DNA of 64,000 nt from the NCBI GenBank assembly GCA_025201805.1, contig MU619267.1:62001-126000 (forward strand), read 5' to 3'. The DNA comes from Parasitella parasitica NRRL 2501. Taxonomy: Eukaryota; Fungi; Mucoromycota. The position numbers and the translations under genes are program-made. Of the stretch, positions 59,219 through 64,000 are shown piece after piece (within the stretch, counting starts at the first letter, position 1; each line of letters opens with the position of its first letter). Under the pieces are notes generated by a model, which worked only from the letters and a program-made list of their open reading frames with translations, had not been told where the DNA came from and made no database searches.

Positions 59219-61216
59219 ATGACAAGTGTGGATCAACTTGGCATTGATACTGTTATTAACAAGAAACAATTCTCGAGTAATGTTGTGGTGAAAGATTGCC
59301 CTATAGTCGGTCGTTCTCTGGTTGCAAAACGGCCTCTTGTTCCTGGAGATGTCCTACTAGTAGAAGAACCCTTGATCAAGTATAACCTCAAGCCAATTTG
59401 TCGCTCGGCAAAATCACCCTACTTTTCTAAAAAGTTATGGAATGTCCTGAATTCAATGGTGCGTGATGTGGAAAATGATAAATTTCAGCAACAGTATGTA
59501 TCTGATCCAGCCATAGAAGAAGCTGCGCAGGAGCGAGAACAAAATGGCTACGACGATGATAACGACTCGAACGATTATAGCAGTAGTGAGGATGATGAGG
59601 ACGATCAAGAGGAGGGAGTGAAACCAGAGACAAACCCTGACTCGGATTTCTGTCCCGGTGTACCTGCAGCCATCATTGCCTATTTAGACATTCATCCACC
59701 CACAGAGCATTTCACAAATGTCAGAAATCGCAGGACATACAAGCGAGATGATTTCGACTTTTTCTATTACCCCAATTCAGACATTGAGCCAGCTTGGCTA
59801 GATCATAAAACTGTCAAATTGATTCATACAGTAACGCAAAAGGTAGCCGACACGATACCTTTATATTCTCATGTCGATCCGTATGATCTGCGTAGCTTTG
59901 TACTCAAGATTTACTCTAATGCACACACGGTAGCATTGCCTCGAAGCAGAACTATGCCGACTCATCGATCCAAAAAGGCTCGCCGACAAATGTACATGGC
60001 TAAATTTGGAGATAATGTCACTTATTGGGGAGAAGATGCCGTCGATCCTCCGAGTAATCCCACTATTGCCTTGCTGCGTTGGGGTTCCAAGTTTGCCCAC
60101 TCTTGCTCACCCAACATGTTTTTACGTTTTGAGCCTGGCAACAATGCTATGGTATTTACAATAACTCGCCCAGTGAAAGAAGGTCAAGTGCTGTCTTTTT
60201 CTTATCTTCCTGAAGATGACTCAACTGTTGGTGGTTTAGTGTTGGGGAGTACGTCTGACCGTAGAGCCAAGCTTCAAAAATTCAAGTTTTTCGAATGTTT
60301 GTGTGAGCGTTGTGTAGATTGGGATTGGTCCAGAGGTGTCACTTGCAATGCTTGTCGTGAACCTACTAGTTTCCGTGACGATAAGAAAGTTTGGACATGT
60401 TTCTTATGCCAAGCACAGAACAGCGATGATGAGGCTACGTTTATTGGTGAACGTGAAGAAAGTGTACAGCAGATGGTTATGGGATTCGTTGCTCGTATTC
60501 ATGGCCATCGCCGTATGAACGAAAGTACGATGCGCATGATGGAACCTTATCTTTTAAATTTATTAACTTCAGCACCTGAAAAGAACGAGGTGGCTGTACC
60601 AAAAAACCATTGGACTTATGGTGTCATTCATTCCTTATTGGCATCGTATCATTTGAACCTATTTCCTCAATCTTTTGGTAAAGGATTGGCTGCTCAGTTG
60701 GGCCTAACAGTGCAAGGTTTGGAAGAGGCTTTAGTTTATATCGAATTTTTGAACAATACGATCCGGACACATCCCAACTATACCAATGCTTGTCCTGTCA
60801 CTTTACATGGTGGTAATTTGATGGCGGCCTTCTTTGCTGGCTGGCGTGTACTGACGTTGGTGATTGATCTTGTGATGGATAGTACTGAAAATAAGTATGC
60901 AAACTTTATCAATGAAAAGGATTCTGATGAAGAAGATCATGAAGAAGATCCTGAGAGCTGCCAAGAAGGGGTGATAAAAAATGCACCGAAGCCTGTTGCA
61001 AAGAGCCCAGACATTGTGTTGATTGCATTGAATCAAGATTGGGTTGTCCCGCTAACTAAAATTTCAAATATTGTCAACAAAGAATGGATACCCCTGGTGG
61101 AACAAGTATTTACATCGCATCAGCCAGCCGTTGTTCGAGACATGATAGCTCAAATCATATCTTTTGCTGATAGAATCGAAAAGACCTCTTTCTCCTCTAG
61201 TGTCTCCATCCCCTAA
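59219..61216 (+). CDS. SET domain protein, SMYD/Set5-6-like, intronless
   Basis: GRSLVAKRPLVPGDVLLVEEP (SET-N); YSNAH; SKFAHSCSPN; RPVKEGQVLSFSYL; RRAKLQKFKFFECLCERC post-SET. Confidence 0.85.
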   Translation: MTSVDQLGIDTVINKKQFSSNVVVKDCPIVGRSLVAKRPLVPGDVLLVEEPLIKYNLKPICRSAKSPYFSKKLWNVLNSMVRDVENDKFQQQYVSDPAIEEAAQEREQNGYDDDNDSNDYSSSEDDEDDQEEGVKPETNPDSDFCPGVPAAIIAYLDIHPPTEHFTNVRNRRTYKRDDFDFFYYPNSDIEPAWLDHKTVKLIHTVTQKVADTIPLYSHVDPYDLRSFVLKIYSNAHTVALPRSRTMPTHRSKKARRQMYMAKFGDNVTYWGEDAVDPPSNPTIALLRWGSKFAHSCSPNMFLRFEPGNNAMVFTITRPVKEGQVLSFSYLPEDDSTVGGLVLGSTSDRRAKLQKFKFFECLCERCVDWDWSRGVTCNACREPTSFRDDKKVWTCFLCQAQNSDDEATFIGEREESVQQMVMGFVARIHGHRRMNESTMRMMEPYLLNLLTSAPEKNEVAVPKNHWTYGVIHSLLASYHLNLFPQSFGKGLAAQLGLTVQGLEEALVYIEFLNNTIRTHPNYTNACPVTLHGGNLMAAFFAGWRVLTLVIDLVMDSTENKYANFINEKDSDEEDHEEDPESCQEGVIKNAPKPVAKSPDIVLIALNQDWVVPLTKISNIVNKEWIPLVEQVFTSHQPAVVRDMIAQIISFADRIEKTSFSSSVSIP

Positions 61217-62164
61217 TTAATACAGTTTGATTCAATAAATAATAACAATTCTTTGTGTCGGGTAGTAGTGTTCCTTCATACAATCCTTAAATTGATCAAG
61301 TACACACTTCGCTGTATCAGGGCCAAAAAGAAAAAATAACGGCATAAATACTGGAAGAAGTTATTGAGCTACGAGTTGCGGCCACAAAGCTAATTGACTT
61401 TCACAGGTCAATTTTGACATCTACATCACAAAAAAGCTGCTTAGCTGACTTTATTCAAGAACGATAGTGAAACAATGCTGCCACAACCCGAAACTTTTAA
61501 TAAAGAAGATATGTATTTTACTCATCAATGAGTTTTGCGATTCTGCCAAGTCCTACTTAACAAGGGCATAGCAGTAGACAATTGATATGACAAAAAAAGG
61601 GAAAATAATAAAGACTTTTAATTCACCCAGATAACAGAAGTTGTTATCTTTTCATATATTGACTATAGTTACGAGAATTAATCATTTACAATAATACAAC
61701 AACTTAGTCATGTTTAACACTTATTTAGCTATCATTATGCAGCATCAGCGTTTCAATAGCGGTCAGATTTTCCACAAACATCTGTTAATCATCTCTGCTA
61801 TAAAAAGAACCGTACCACTGCGATTCAACTTGGAAACATCTTTTTATTGAAATCTAGAAAGTTCTCACCAGAAGCCACAGATTTTCGTGTATAATCGCTG
61901 GTAGGCTTCGATGAAAAGCAAAATCAGAGCTTCTCTTATGCGCCATCAAATCAGGCATGATTATCACTACACGAACATAACTTGCTTTTCACTAGGCGAT
62001 GTCTTTATCAAAAGTTATCTGCAAAAACAGGTTTTATTGAGATCTGCAAGATCGAAATAAGAAAAGTATTGGATAAAACGTTGAATTAACGAGATACGAA
62101 AACTTGAGATTACTTTATTAAAGATTCAACTTTGCATCTGCTATTTATACTTTTTACAACTACA

Positions 62165-62803
62165 TAAATTTTTGGTGACTTTTTTAAAATACTAGTTGAT
62201 ACTAATCGATAAGAATAATTTGCAAGCAACATCATATCCTTAACAGGGTACGATGCATTATTGTACTACAAGGTTATTGATCTTTGATCTGACAGTACCT
62301 TATTGTTTGTCAATCATACAGATCTCTGTTACAGATAACCTTCCTGATTTGAAACAAAGACTTTATTCTCCTGTTTCGACAAGTATAACAACACATCATT
62401 GGAAAATCTTAATTGAAGTACACTATCATGATCTCCTATCCTACATTATGGCAGATTAGGTTTATTTTTAATAATTTATCTTGAATATCACATATTTGCT
62501 CATAACTTCTTGATCAGCCATAAATTAAGATAAGAGATCATGATAATGTACTTCAATTGAAAATTGGGAGATTAACCAATGATATGTTGTTACACTTGTC
62601 GAAACAGAAGAATAAAGTCTCTGTTTCAGATCAAGAAGGTTTTGTCTGTAACACAGATCTGTGTGATTGACAAACATTAAGGCACTGTCAGGTCAAAGAT
62701 GAATAACCTTGTAGTATAATAGTATATCGTAGCCTGTTGGGGATGATGTTACTTACAAATTACTCTTATTGATTAGTTTCTAAAATAGGTCACCAAAAAT
62801 TTA
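62165..62803. repeat. Long foldback inverted repeat: ~295-bp arms (62165-~62460 and ~62509-62803), ~50-nt spacer
   Basis: Ends TAAATTTTTGGTGAC / GTCACCAAAAATTTA; internal blocks such as TACTACAAGGTTATT / AATAACCTTGTAGTA, TGTTTGTCAATCA / TGATTGACAAACA and CTGTTTCGACAAGT / ACTTGTCGAAACAG are reverse complements in mirror order. Confidence 0.93.
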
Positions 62804-62842
62804 CACCTTTTGCCAAAACGATGTTGCAAGAAAAGAAATTAA

Positions 62843-62920
62843 AGTGTCGCACTTTTACAAAAATCAGTGTCGTATGTTTCTAGAAAAGAGTGTCGCACAA
62901 TTCAGAGAAATAGTGTCGTG
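62843..62920 (+). repeat. Phased array of AGTGTCG motifs with exact 23-bp period
   Basis: AGTGTCG starts at 62843, 62866, 62889 and 62912, with divergent A/T-rich spacers; a degenerate copy (GATGTTGCA) sits in phase at 62820. Confidence 0.85.
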
Positions 62921-62956
62921 CTTTTCAAAAAAAGGACATGTCAGATATATTGTTCT

Positions 62957-63016
62957 TTTCACCGTAGTCATTATCATGGTCATTATCATGGTCTTTACCG
63001 TTGTCATTACCGTGGT
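62957..63016 (+). repeat. 12-bp minisatellite, ~5 copies (consensus CATTAYCRTGGT)
   Basis: tttcaccgtagt cattatcatggt cattatcatggt ctttaccgttgt cattaccgtggt. Confidence 0.85.
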
Positions 63017-63634
63017 CACGCCTAGGTTTTTTTGTTAACCTGAGTGATTTCAAATAAAGAAAACAGCATTCAAGCTTTAGAAAAGTTCCAAGCATTAAGC
63101 GATCAATTTGAGGTGTGCTATTTATCTGATCCGGCAATTCCCGTACTTGCAACTAAATTACAGATTTCAAAGTATCCGTTAGCCTTTTACACCTACAAGT
63201 CCTGTGAACTATAGCCAGTGGCACCTATAAGGATATACAAGCACCTTAATACGAAGGGCTTAAGTCGAGCTACTTATTGCTCTTAATTCTTCTTTTTGAA
63301 ACATAAATACTCTATATAAAATAAAAATTTAATATGTGGTCTGACTAGTTGACTATCGAAAAAGGTTATCTTTATTCACTGATGGTTATAAAAACATCGA
63401 GCTTTGTCAAAGAAAAACTGCAGGGTATGCTGTCGTAAAAAAATAAGAGTGCATTAATTTACGGGGTTATTCGCGCTATGGGAAGATTTAAGTTACGAGC
63501 ACCAACATAGGTTACCTAAAGGTAATTTTCAAGTTAAATAAAACGAACACCATTCTTGGCTAGTGGAAACAAATATCTTCTGCTAATAATAGTAATATGA
63601 AGAAAAGAAAGATGATACTGGAATTGGTATAGTT

Positions 63635-64000
63635 TTATAGGGATCTTTGGATCGGCCGTGTTCTGCAATCAAACTTCTTCATAGCCTTTGGGTCTTGAAG
63701 TAACAGCTCTGCTGCATAAATTTCAACTTCGTTTGTGATAGGGAGTCTGTCAACTACTATTTTTGTGATGTTTTTTTGCTCGCTGAAATAATAGATCAAT
63801 CAGGTGTCAATATATGTAGTATTTACTTGCTTTTTACCCGAGAAATTCCTTCAAATCTTCAACGTTTGTCGTTAAACCTGCGTAATCCAATACGACCAAT
63901 ATAACTTCTTTTTTGGTGATGTTTAAAAACTCAATAAAATCTAAAAGGCACAATATATTAATTCAAGAATATCTTCAGCATGTACTGCCTATTACCTGTC
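63635..64000 (-). CDS. 3' part of a spliced gene running off the window; hypothetical protein with a possible resolvase/serine-recombinase-like fold
   Basis: Two GT-AG introns (63995-63941 and 63837-63783) join an uninterrupted frame: DFIEFLNITKKEVILVVLDYAGLTTNVEDLKEFLG|EQKNITKIVVDRLPITNEVEIYAAELLLQDPKAMKKFDCRTRPIQRSL*. Not in the ORF track. Confidence 0.75.

Noticed and set aside
62843-63016. Repeat/spacer pattern as a CRISPR array
   Set aside because: The core is only 7 bp with a 23-bp period, there are no cas genes, and the context is eukaryotic.

Overview
AT-rich, intron-dense eukaryotic DNA. The short (~50-70 nt) GT-AG introns, long poly-A/T tracts and protein families point to a Mucorales (Mucor-like) fungus; that assignment is inference. 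About 26 protein-coding loci can be assembled by reading across introns. Housekeeping and metabolic genes: RPS20, ERG12, a ChAPs exomer subunit, CYS4, URA5 (pyrF), PIS1, a PTGR3-like reductase, a GPAT/DHAPAT acyltransferase, NVJ2, EAF3, dynactin p62 and YOS1. Regulatory and other genes: an OSR1/SPAK-type kinase, a two-finger GATA factor, a uridine-kinase-like protein, an RRM protein, a SNF2-RING ATPase, a zf-PARP protein, a beta-lactamase-fold hydrolase, an HSF-type factor, a fungal TF-MHR protein, a PX-PB1 protein and a SET protein. There is also a decayed Tc1/mariner transposase. No tRNA, rRNA or CRISPR array was recognised. The most unusual region is the last ~1.9 kb: a ~640-bp foldback, an exactly 23-bp-phased AGTGTCG array, a 12-bp minisatellite, and the intact spliced 3' end of a gene missing from the ORF track that resembles a serine-recombinase (resolvase) fold. 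Together these are a candidate end of an undescribed mobile element. Other notable items are a probable uridine pseudokinase, a skippable in-frame GATA finger exon, a GC-AG intron, a 134-nt hairpin/MITE and PTS1-like C-termini. All calls are by eye; no searches were run.
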